This document shows, one piece after another, positions 40,755 through 54,599 of a DNA stretch of 64,000 nucleotides (positions are counted from its first letter, which is position 1; the number at the start of each line of letters is the position of its first letter). The position numbers were made by a program, and so were the translations under genes. Where the stretch lies: NCBI GenBank assembly GCA_001929475.1, contig LXFE01000211.1:1-64000 (forward strand). Direction: 5' to 3'. The DNA is from Neolecta irregularis DAH-3. Lineage: Eukaryota. The notes beneath the pieces were generated by a model, which saw only the letters and a program-made list of their open reading frames with translations, searched no databases and was not told where the DNA came from.

Positions 40755-42988
40755 ATGGAAATTGCTAGCAGTTTAGTGAGAGCTGCTGAAGATGCCGTTG
40801 CAGAGAGAAAGATGAAGGTAAAGAATAAATTGGAATCGACAATGCTAACCAGGAAGACGGCTTTTATGCTGTTGAATAATGCAGCCGTAACACTACTCCA
40901 GGCAATGCAAGATTATGAATTCCAGGGAGAGAGTAGCTTCTGAACAGAAAACCGGGCTGAATTGCAGGATATTTGGCTGTTCATTCTTTTGCAAATGTTG
41001 CGAAACTCATTCCGCATCTTGCAAGTGTGGTTTCAACAATGGCAACCATAACAGAACGCTTGCAACCTCGTTCTTCGTCCCTTAGGGATCAACCAAAGCG
41101 ACCCTCCTCACCTACGTCGTCGATAAACGAGAATATTCCTAGCATACCTACCCCCTTGATCTTGCAGTCTTATTTATCAGCGTGTAATGAATTAGTTGCC
41201 ACGAACTCAAAATTGAAATCCCTTACTCCAAATGTTTCATTACAATCGCATAGAAGGTTGATTGAATTACGAGCATTATATCAGCTACAAATTGATCAAA
41301 TTGAGGGGAAAATGAAATCAGGGAGTGAATTATCCATAGCTCGGATCCGGTCTCCTGGCGATATCGCCAAAGTTATCGTTTCTATCTCTGCACGTCTACA
41401 ATCGGATGATTCTAAATCGAAGAAAGGTTGGTTGGAATATCTAGAGAACCTTACCGCGCACCTCATCGTCAAAAGCGCGAATGAATCAACTGAAGCCGGT
41501 GCCGAAGCTTTGCAAAAACTGATTTCAACAGCCGAGCTTCTGTTAACGAAATACAAAGATTATGAAGCAGGCGACAGCGTGTTGCGAGGAATTGAGCATT
41601 CATCTGTCACTCGATTAGTGTCGATGTGGGGTTCGGCCAGCCCATCAATCCTCAAAACGCGTACTACATTACGCTCAATTGTTCCTCCAAAAAAGCCAAA
41701 AAAACTCGCTGAAGTACAAGCAGATGAGCAAATTGAATGTTGGCTACTAAATCAAGCCTATGTTCAAAATAAGCATTTGTTGAGACAGAGTTATCTTGCA
41801 GAAGCAAAAAGACCAGAAGAGGTAGATCCTCAAGATCGAGCAAATAGAGCCCAAGCTCTTGTTGCGTCACTTACTATGGAAGCAAATATACCTTCGCCTC
41901 CAAGAACTCCTCTTCCTCCCGGCGGGTTGCAATCTTTGATCAATGCCCTGTTGACAAAACAACCGATGAGGTCCTCGTCAACGGTAGTTGCATCCCATTC
42001 ATCGGACGTCTGGTCACCGAGCAGTGGACCTTTGGCTAGTCATTCGAAGCCAACGTTATCTACTTCTCTTACCTCCGTGTCTCGAGACCAAAGTCCATTT
42101 TCTCATCCATCGCAGAATGGGACCCATCTTCAAAGAGAGATAGATGCAGATTTGATGTCTCTTACGGATAGCGTCGAACATACGCCTCCATCTAGTCATG
42201 ATTCGTTCGAATGGGCATCTGACGGAGAAGGCGACGAGTTGCGCGAATTAACGAGACAAACTGTTCAGAAAGTCATGGACGAAATGAAAAGGACGAAGGA
42301 AGATGTCTCGAGAAGAACTTCAACTGCACTTCAGGAGGCTCAGAGAGCACTTAACGAAACAAAGGATGCCGTCGAACCACTTGAAAGGGGACAAGTGGAG
42401 GATCCTTGTGGAACTTCAATCCCTTCTGAAGCACCCGATGAAGACGCAACGGAAATGGCCAAGATGAGCGAAATGAAAAAGACTGTGCTGTCGTTGGCGG
42501 ATGCTGCAACCAATCTAAATTCAGACTCAATTGAAGTCGTTGAACAAATTGGAGGCATTGAAGTACCGTCTGATTTTCCGCATGCCAAAGCCGAAGAACA
42601 ACACCCAGGTTCCTTTGAAACTATGAACCAGTGTTCTTCTCAATCGCAACCCTGTCTTCAAGGTACAGCGTCTCACAAACGTCCCGACTCACGAGGTTCC
42701 GTCGTTTCGCAAGCTCCATCCAACGAAAGTCATCGTGCGACTTTGGGTAGTTTAAACTTCCTGGACCAACGACAACTTCTCAATCGTTCATCAAGATCTC
42801 TTGCTCGGGATGACACTCTGCATACTCGACGATCTAGCCTTTCGACAGAAAATCATGATCTGCTGCTGTCCCAGGAGTTTCAATCTAGGAAGGAGTTCCC
42901 GCTGAATAAGTCGCAAAGACAACAGGCTCGACGGGTGAAGAACGGTGGGGCCCATTGGAGAGGCGGAAAAACTGGCGGTGGTATATAG
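40755..42988 (+). CDS. Hypothetical protein (about 720 aa): helical N-half with possible degenerate RasGEF-like segment, disordered C-half
   Basis: 671-codon exon plus short upstream exons (GT-AG intron 40933-40967 restores frame). Confidence 0.75.
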
Positions 42989-43119
42989 TGTTGCGAGGGT
43001 TTTGGCAACTCTAATGAATCGAATGAAAAAGTAGAAATATTTATTCTTAAGCAATTCAGAACTACATAGCTAATAACAGCAAATAACTTGGATATTCATC
43101 AGCGAACTCTGGGAATTTA

Positions 43120-45905
43120 TCAGTTAAAAGATTCGACTGTAGGAGAACACTCGATCCTCAATCGAAAAGAATGATACCCCATTCACACCCAAATCGTCTT
43201 GCAGTAACATTTCCGTGAGTATCTTCTCCCGACCAGGAGTATCCTGTCTTTTCCCACTGCACGATTAGCAATGAATATGAAACAAAGGGATACCAAGCTA
43301 CTACAAATAGAGCTCTAAGTGATCCATTATCAGAATAACCAGCAAGGATACTCATTGGCTCTCTTCCCTTCAAGCAAATTTTTCCTCTCCATTTTGCATG
43401 TAGGAGACCTGTCAGGTTCAAGGGACTTATATTTCCCGGGACATCCTCATCATAGTGAATAGCATCGACATATGACTTGCTTACTACAGGAGCACTGTCG
43501 ATTTCTGTCTCGAGGTTATGTGTAGCGAATCCCAGGGGACATTTCTCGAGCCGAGAAGGTTGAAAATCTTCATTGTTAGTTAGTGGAGAGTGTCCTAGTG
43601 CCCTTGTGGCGCTTCGTCGGCGATTCTTGTGGGGAGATGTATCTTCCTTTGAAGGAGAAATGCCATCTTCTTGGGTGATTTTTCTGCGCTTTTGTCTGTT
43701 TTGATGGGATTTCTGTTCACTTTCTGATCCAGCAGCGACATTCTGGATCAGATTTTGTGTGGACTGAAAATGGGATTGGTTTAGGGTTGTTTGAGGGACT
43801 CGTAAGCCTATTTGACGATGGTCGGTCGACTGTTGGACTTGAGTAGGTCCCTCTGTTCTTAGTGCTTGATCTGGGGAATCATGTCTTGGATTGGCTTGAA
43901 TTTCTGTTTTTGTAGTTACTGGACGATTGTCTGGCCTGTCTGAAAGCAGAAAAAAAGAGTTTATCGGTTTGGATACCACAAGAATTTGATTCCTTTGCCG
44001 GTGTCTCGAAGATTGCGGAGACGCTTGCCTCGGCTCATGCGATAACGGAGCGTTCGGATCTGGATATACAAAGGAAGCTGAAATTACTTCTGCCTCTCGC
44101 AGAGGAACTGAATGTTGTGGATTACGATTCTGCACATTATTCAATTTGGCCAATGTCCATGGATTGCTTAGCGAAGCACTGATTTCTTCATCTAAAAATC
44201 AAGATAGGTTTACGCGGGAGTGTTACCCTCTATTACATCTTCCTCTATCTCGATATGACCAATTATTGAATCTTCACTCTCTTCATCTGAATCGCTAGAG
44301 TTTTCCCCTTCAGCCATCGAAAATCTCCATGGGGTCTCAATAGGCTTTTTCGCGGGGCTACTTTTCGATGGCGTCGTTGCGCTTGTTAAAGCATGATATG
44401 CATTAAAGCTCTGGCGACGGTCGCTCTGGGGAGCTGTGCTTTCTGGATGAGGTGGCAGGGATTCTCTATGCAACGATGGATCAAAGATATTCAATGGGGA
44501 AGACGATGAACTTCTCCCGACAGAACATTGGATTCCTCGAGGGATTTTATTGTCATTTAATTCGAGTGAATAAGTAGAGTCGGGATTTATGTCTAACTGG
44601 CTTTCATCCTTCTTTCGGTTTAGATAGTTGTCGAACTCAGTACCCTGAGGGGTCTCTGCAGGGAGACTTTGCCTCGACTTTTGCCTAGGTGATATAACCG
44701 GGACCCTCTCTAAGACTCCGTAGACTGAAGCTAATAAATCTTCAAGCTTTGCAACAACTGTATCGAAATCGCGAAAAAGTACAGCATCTTTTGATGGTTC
44801 TAAGTTAGGATCATAAACTCCCTTGAGACAAACGATATTCAAGTAGTAGAAAGGGTCTGATAATTTTGTCGACTCACCGAGCGAATTCAAAATGTACTGC
44901 TTGACGAGTTTTGTGATTATTTTCAAATTGCCTCGCAAGCAGGTAGTTGGTCGATTATCAATGTATATAAAGTAACCTTTGCCATTTAGGAGGTGCACGT
45001 CTATCCTTAGTAAACTTGTGCCACCAGTGTATACTTTTTGATGGATCTGGCAAAAATGCTTCGATTCGTAAATCATTTGACAAGGCATCCTCGGACAGCT
45101 TGCTTTCGACCCATAGACAACTATTCGAAATCTCTTTTCCCAAAGTTTGGGAGATGGTGTCGGTTACTTGCTTCGTAGGCGCAACAACAGTATCGCGTAA
45201 TTTGCTTCCTCCCTTCACTTGCGACGAAAAACGTATTGACGGATTTACAATTGCATAGGTCGTTATGAGGTGTTTGATTTGAGCCGGAAGCTTTGTGGCT
45301 TGTTTCCTCGCGTTCTAGATCATTTGTATGCTGAGTCTGTTACTCCAGGTTACCTCTCGTCGAACTGGAAACAATGTAAAAATCTTCTTGATCGTGACCG
45401 TGGTCCCTCGAGCAGGAGATACATTCTTTTGACTACAAGTTATAGCTGAACGGATGATCAATGCATACGATATAATTTCTCCTTCTCTAGAGAAATAGTA
45501 AATAGTCCCAACTTTATCAGCATCAGTCTTTGTTGTTATGGACATTTCTCCCGCTATTGCAGCAATACTTGCCAGCGCTTCTCCCCTGAATCCGTATGTA
45601 CGAACCGACGGCAAGTCTTCGAAGCTCTCAAGTTTGCTAGTATAATATCTTTTTGCCATTGATCTTCGATCATCCACTGGTATCCCACGTCCATTATCTT
45701 TGACCGTGATTCCGTCCATTCCATTGTATTCTAAACTGATTGTTATGAAAGTGGAAGCCGCATCGACTGCGTTTCTAATCACGTAAGGCTTGTAATGCAC
45801 GGTAATTTACTCCACCAGTTCCTTCACGATATCTATTAGGCTTGTGATAACCTGTCCAGAGGAGATTGCTCTGACGCTTGCATCGTCAAGTTTTGTGATA
45901 GTCAT
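43120..45905 (-). CDS. MutL-family mismatch repair protein (Mlh2/hPMS1-like), about 7 exons; stop at 43120 or 43158 depending on last donor
   Basis: ISSGQVI..VKELVENAVDA, DNGRGI, TSKL, YGFRGEALAS, GTTV, LFPVR, YDPNLEPSKDAVLF, NPWTLAK. Confidence 0.88.
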
Positions 45906-46300
45906 TAGAATCGAATTCGTAGACTCACAGCCGCTATGTTGTCATGGTAAATAACCTTGGGACCGCGCGGCGCGTCCCCTCATATCGATTAGTATAGTAT
46001 GATATAATGTGTCGTGCATGTTATATAAGAATAATGAATTTCCAAAATTGTTAGACTATAATATAAGATAAGGCTCATTGAAATGCAATCAATTATAATC
46101 ACAAGGTCGTCGCACAAAACCTGAGGCATCCAAGGATGGGAAAGTCATGAAAAAAGTAAGCCACTTCGGGTTTCTATCTGAAGGATATTTCAGACAAATG
46201 TGTTTTACAATAAAGCAACACTGGCAATACGTATGTAAATACTAGTTCTTTTTTTCCTCTCTCATATGATATATAGTACGAATATCTCAAAATTCCAATC

Positions 46301-48864
46301 TCAATACACTTCCAAGACGTATCTTGAATCATCCTTCAGTTGTTCAATTATTTTCTTCGTATTGGGCACCTTCTCCGCTTTCATGGATTTCGAGTGCATA
46401 ATAACCGCGTCCTCGAGGACTTGGGTGACATCAGGTACAGGCCAAATGGGCCCACAGAGGTAGAAAGAGCCATTTTCGACAATGAATGCATCGACTATTT
46501 CAGGAAGAGTGTTACGCATGATGTCTTGTATATAAACTTTATGAGGTTGATCCCGACTGAAAGCTTTTCCGAGTAGAGTGATGATTCCCGCATTTTCATA
46601 GGCTTCGAATTCATCTCCATATCTATACGGTAAGCGAAGCAAACGCATTCTCGTCTCATACAAATATTCCTCTCTTTGATGTCGAGAACCGAGATATAAG
46701 AAAACCTTCCCAATTGCGATTCCTTGTTGCTTCTGCCATGCACGATGTTCAACGAAAGCTCTAAACGGTGCAAGACCAGTCCCGAGACCAGCCATCAAAA
46801 TAGGCTAATAATTAACCAACTTATTAAGTCTTGATTTGCCTGAGTGTGCAGTTCCGGTAACTTCATGACAGAGGGTTTAATACTGACAGTCACTCTCGAT
46901 CCAACCTGCAAGTTTGAGAGATATCTCGTACAATGACCAAAGCGGGTTCGCTCCCAAGGATCCTGCCAGTTGACCACGACAACTAATAAATGAACACTGG
47001 TAGGATGAACTTTCTGTGACGAAGCAATTGAATACTCTCTCCGCTTCAAAGGCGAAATCATCTTGATCAATTCCTGGAAGGGAGGCCGAGCTGATTCGAA
47101 TTCCCGAAGGATATCAACATACGTAACCATCTCGACATCCGAGCGATGTTTAAATAAAACGGCACCTTCTGCGCTCGCTAATATTGATAACTTGCGCTTT
47201 TCAGCCTCATCCGTTGCGTAATCAGCCAATTCTCTATAAAATCGTTTCAGAGGTTTTCCGAACAAGTCAATATTCTGCATCGCAACCTGAAGGGTTGTTC
47301 TTGATTCGAAAACTTCTGTATCATCGCGAGATGGGAGTTCGATTATTTCATTTCCTTTTAGTCCGTAGAATTCAAGAAAGTCACAAGCTTCAGTAGGATC
47401 GTTCTGTCCATGTATTCCAAGGGCTTCCCCAATTTCATAATTCATGCTAGTTCCCGAGATATCAAATTCGATATGAAAGATGTTCCGATCATACGATTTG
47501 GGTGTCAGTCGTTTATTTTCTTGAACTCGAACTACATAGGTGTGTTCCGCAAGATCAGGCCTAAGTTTTAGCTGATAATTGAATGCCTCCTTGAAGCATA
47601 ATGCTTGTGCAGCTGAGTTCCATGAGGACATAGTCGTCACAGGTTCTAGAGGTTCATACCCCATATTCGATAGCGACGTCCCCGGATCAATATCAGTGGG
47701 GAGCGTAGAGACAGAAGACGAAGTTGATACGTCCTCACTAGCAACCGAAGAAGTGAAACACCAGTGGACATCTCCAACTGTGCGGGAAGGAGAATGATCT
47801 TCCTCAACAATTTGACTGAGTTGAGAAACAGTCCACTTCATACAAGGCAAGTACTTGAAATCTCGAGCTCTTGGCAATGGGGAGAATCGATTAGAATCAT
47901 AGATGGCCGCGATTATGTCCTGATATAAAATAGAATGAAAGTAGTTATCAGAAACTTCTCCGGCCTTTGAAACTTGCCCGAGAACGTCGATTCTTTTCGC
48001 TGTAGATGGAATTGCTGTTAATAATTCATCTTCATAAAATGGCCGAAATACTCGGACATTAATGAGACCAACCGAATCGCTAGAATCAATGTATTCCCTT
48101 GCAACTCGATACTCTACCGATCCAAATACGACGAGAACTTTTGATACCAGAGGCGAGCCGTAATATTCAAAAGGTGCATAGTTCGTTCCAAATGCAAGGT
48201 TAACTTTATGTAGGATCACCTTGGAGGGTTCTTCAGGTGATTTGAATGAATTTGTGCGTAAATCTTCAAGGATTGATTTGTACGCAGTATATACAGACCC
48301 ACTGTCGAGGTAAATCCTTGTTTCCTTCGCCAGAATAAGTCCATCGTAGACATGGGCTGTGGGCCGGTACAAAGCTGATAACGTTGCAAAAATCGACATA
48401 TGCTGAACTTCTTCCGCAAACCGCGAAGTGACCAATCCAAGATTATTCTCCCTAGCAAATTCTAACGCTGGAATGTAGTTTATTTGTGGGTTCATCTCTA
48501 GGTCGAAATCGATCGCAGCTACGTTGAAAACCAACGGGCTTGTCATACCAGCAAGATTCTTAGAGAGAGTGGATCTCATGTAGTCCAATGACTGAACAGT
48601 TGAAATGATTGCTCTAGGTTGGCGGCAGCTTCCTGGAGTCTGACTGAATTCTCCAAGGATGATTGACGCAGCGCCTGCTCGACTTTGAAGACAAAATATT
48701 CGGCTCGAAAGTTCGGGTTGATCTCTAGATAGCTGGGCTAAATGGCGACCGATATATGGAATCGTGTCAGCATAGGAATAGACCGAATAGGAGAGAACAA
48801 ATGCGATTTGCTCAATTAAATCCTGGACAGTATATTCTGACAATTCTGATAGAGTGGAAGACAT
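46301..48864 (-). CDS. MET10: Sulfite reductase (NADPH) flavoprotein alpha subunit, 3 exons
   Basis: ENKRLTPKSYDRNIFHIEFD, KRREYSIASSQKVHP, MAGLGTGLAPFRAF, AFSRDQ, FYLCGP, terminal RYVLEVY. Confidence 0.95.
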
Positions 48865-49077
48865 GTGTGAGAATGTAAATAGTTATTTTCCATTTGGCAA
48901 CGTGTTAAGACAGTGTATTTATTGGATTGAGAATACGAGTGCAATTTAAAGGAGGGATGACGCAATCACGGGGAATTTCGCCGAAAGTCATGTTCCCTTC
49001 CTTACACACCAAATGCCAATCGTCTGTTAATAAAACTATTCAAACATCTGTATCTGGTTGAAAAGGTAGATTCATAT

Positions 49078-51131
49078 TCAATTTAATGTATGTTCATCAA
49101 GGACTGTGTCAATTAAGAGATCCCCGGAGACATCCAAAAACTTTCTTGTCCTCAACTCTGTTGGAAGATACTGTTCTTGATTAGTTTGCCGCTTATAAGA
49201 CAGGACTCAGGATACCTCCTGTTTGACTTTCCCGTTCAAGTAGTCAGGGTTATATTTGTACCCTTCTGAATAACCTAAACTTTTCATCAATTTTGTTGGC
49301 GCATTCCTGAGATGCCTAAACGATCAGATAATAGACAAAATTATGTGTACATTGGTATGGGAGCGCTTGCAGCGTCTGGCTCGTTACGTAGTGCTGATTG
49401 AGCTCTTCGGTAAGCCATATATGTTCGCGTAGATTTCGGTGCCTCGGCGAGATACACCGCACAATGAGCTACACAGGATTAACAAGTTGATCATGTAGAA
49501 AATATTCGACAACCTAAAATGATTTCTGCCTCGGGCATGCCAATTTGTGTTACAGCGGTATGTGCAGCAACAGCCAATGGGAGAGCATTGTTATCAGCCT
49601 GAGATCAGCCCTTCGGTGTACAAGTATCTTGCCATCCCGACATCTTCACTCGCAATCACTACCTTGGAAATCAACCTGGATTTATAGAAATATTGTGTAC
49701 CATCCTTCGTGCAACAAAAAGCGCATCACCACTTTCCAACATACGGGCCAGATAATATAACGCAGCATTGGCATCACTTCCCCTCACGCTATGCTCAGTA
49801 TTGGGAGAAACGAACTCATACGATTTGTGGAAAGCGCTGATTGTATCATAGTGCATATCTCCTGCTCTATCGTATACAAAATGAGTTCTTTTAAGAGCGT
49901 TCTTGAGTTCATTGGGCGTAATTCTGTTATTAGGATTAGATAGTGCACTTAATCCTGTCTCGAGTAAAGTAAGCCCGATCCGCCCTTCATAAGATTAGAC
50001 CACGATGGCGAGGATATATACCGTCTCCATCGGCAAATTCGGCTATGTGCTGAATCATTGCCTCATCGAGCCCAGATGGTCTCTCACTATTGGGAAAATA
50101 TATCGAGAGGGCTCGATCAAGGATTAGGATGATGTTGCTTGTGGATAGTTTCTTCAAGAAAAAGACTCGACATCTCGAAATTAATGCATTGTTCACTTTA
50201 AAGCTTGGGTTTCTATGGTCATAAACACCTATCCTTTCACATGGTAAATACTCAGTGGTTGCCCCTATTCTTCGAAAGTTAGCGTTGCCACAACACCAGC
50301 ATGTACAGAGTAATTATTCCTCGTTCAACGTACGGCACTAGTTTTTCATCGATATTGTATCTATAGGGGACTGCTCACGGAAGACATCTTGCTGAGCCTA
50401 AGCAATGAGCTACCACTTGAAATAATCAGAAGTGTACTTTATTAAATCTGTGAATCTCGTCCATAAAAATAACCGTTCTTTTACCGGTCAATTGCAACAA
50501 GTTCTTTGCATCTTCAAAAGCTTTCTTGCAATCATTCACACCATGGGTTGTAGCAGAGAGCTCTTTAAATTGCGCGCTTGTATTCTGAGCCACAATCTTT
50601 TGTGAGCATATACAAGGATGTTTTTCGGAAATACTCTAGCCAAGGTGGTCTTCCCACATCCTGAAGGGCCCCAGAGAATCATTGAAGGACATTGATCTGA
50701 CTCAATCAAATGTCTCAGAATTCCTTGTGGACCAACCAGCTCTTCCTGTCCAAAGTACTGGTCAAGTCTCGAAGGTCTTATTTTCTCAGGTAAGGGTTTT
50801 GCTTCTTCCAAAGCATCGATGCTCTTAAATTTCTTTACAGCCGACTCGTAATTACCTTGGATCTCATGCAACGGTGTAGAGGTAGACTGGAGGTTTCTGA
50901 CAGGCTGAGCTAGTCGTTTCTTAGAGGATACTGGCAGGAAAAATTCGGAAGTCTGTTGGCGTCATCTCTCTATTGAAGCAAGATCCTTACCTTTTGATTG
51001 CTTTCCTGAGAAGAGTGATGTGACGACTCTTCCCCTGATATGAAAGCATCTTTGCAATTATTGTCCAGGTGACGGTTTATAGAACTCTGTGGCACAAAAT
51101 TCTCACACACAGGGCAAACAACGGAACTCAT
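49078..51131 (-). CDS. MGS1: Mgs1/WRNIP1 DNA-dependent AAA+ ATPase with N-terminal UBZ finger, about 14 exons
   Basis: VCPVC...[79 protein letters not shown]. Confidence 0.94.
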
Positions 51132-51844
51132 CGCATTCCAATCCTTATTAATTGGAAATCCTACTCAAAACAGGCACGGACAGATCGACTGTGGTTGAAA
51201 TTGATTCGGAGAAGGGGTAATTGATTTACAGTCATCAAATGACGTTGAAGGCAATTGTATCACTTTTTCTTTCTTGAACAAAAGTTAAGTATAATTGTGG
51301 TCGAAGCCAGCAGATATATCCTGTTTGTTTTATATCTAGCATTCTTGTATAAAGAGTAAGAGATAGCATATATTTACAACGCTATGTAGTCTTCGCTAAG
51401 CAAAGACGCCTCTAATCGTTCAACTAACTGAAACTGAAATTAGATATCTAAAAAGTTCGCTCTATTATTGTGGTATTACAGAATCTTATAGATGATATCT
51501 TCAAGAGATTAAAACAATCATCATTGTTTCAATCCATACCTGGAGTTTACGACGAGATTTAACTTCCTAATAAAACGTTTACTTGATTGATTATATTGTG
51601 AAGGTTGAAAATGCGTTACCCCGATGGATTATTATGGCATGGAGTTTGACAGAATGATAGGTACACCGACTGCTTAAAAGATACAGGGAAAGTAAGAGAA
51701 GATTTCGCTTTATCTATTGCTTCTAGTATGTGGAAAAGTAAAGACACGAAAAAACCCCGAACAGAGATATATCTAATTCAAAACAATCGAAAACTCCAAT
51801 CAAATATACTGTATAGCTGGAAAGAGCTCTAATCCCCGGCCCTC

Positions 51845-53308
<1,464 letters not shown>

Positions 53309-53584
53309 AGCTGCAAATACAGACGGAAATAGCACAAGAGAGAAACTGCTTGGCGGTTAGAATAGAGTATATGTGTACAGTATACATTTGCGACAAGGGC
53401 AGTCATATAACTTGGGAGGCGGAGCCAAAGAACAAGCTTTAGAAGGAGGTGGACCGTGCTTAGGAAAATCCCGGAACGTACTTCCGAGGCATCCCGTAAG
53501 ACTGCCGACCCCTGACCTCACCACCATTCCGTTTGTCATTGGCCGCACGTCACATAGCATACATCCCATTAAGCCCCTTCAAAG

Positions 53585-54229
53585 ATGCTCGGTTCTCCTC
53601 TTGCTGCACCGCAGCCACGCAGACCTCGTCGAAGACGTGCAAGTAGCGTTGTCCCAACCCGCAAGACTCCTGCAGTAGACACGTATCCATCTAAAGCTCT
53701 CGTCTTTTCCTCCGCATATACCCAGCAAGACGATGCCCAGATCCCAAAAAGCCCGTCTCCAAAGGACCCTGAGCTCAGAATGATAGAGTTGTACAGTCCA
53801 TCAAAAAGCTGGCCTTCCCAGGATGTCCTTGAAGAACTCTGTAGAATCACTCGACCTCCGGCTTATTCAAACCGGCCGCGTCAGCGACAGTCATTTTTGA
53901 AGAGTCCTTGTCAATCAAGCCCATCTAGAAAAACCTCAGCAGTAGACCTGGCGGATCTGGTCAGTGCTGCTCACCTCGATCGCTGCCCAAATAGTCCTCA
54001 ACAGCAAGGATGGAGCATAACATTACGTAACATTTAGTTCTGGTCTAGCAGCTGATATGTAGCATCCCCCATATCTCGAAATCAAACCAAGAATCCATTC
54101 GGACGCGAGTGGCTCGAAACACCGGGGTTCTGCCAGGTCTCGGAAACAAGCGATGAAAACCGATGTTCTACGCCCACGGCATTTAAGAGATCTCAAAACA
54201 CAGGGATTTCTCTCCTTGGCGATGACTAA
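53585..54229 (+). CDS. Hypothetical Ser/Pro/Arg-rich protein, 2 exons
   Basis: 150-codon ORF joined by a GTAACA...CTGAT...TAG intron to an open second exon (PSPISRNQTKNPFGREW...). Confidence 0.55.
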
Positions 54230-54599
54230 ACATACACGTGAACTCGCAGATACGTGTTTCCCTCAGCTATCATAGTGTTGATTTTCATTCTCAACTTCGT
54301 TAATTCTTTTTGGTTCACTCTTCTTTGGACAGTGGGATTTTTCAGGTGGGTTGTGGTAATTCTGGATATGCTGTCAGGATGATACTTTTATTTTATTTTT
54401 CTATTTATTTTGGAAGGAAACCTATATAGTGAGTGGGAAGTGTTTATACATTGGAAAATTCGAGTATCTTCCATATAGAAACATTTTCAAGGATTACAAC
54501 AAAACTATAGCATCTGAAGTACAAAAAACTGGATCATCAAGAATAGTATACCACATCATCAGAAGCTCCAAAACACAAACTCATCAACTTCCACCCACT

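Noticed and set aside
40902-40967. Apparent extra GC-AG intron (GCAATG)
   Set aside because: Wrong phase; the GT donor at 40933 restores the frame.
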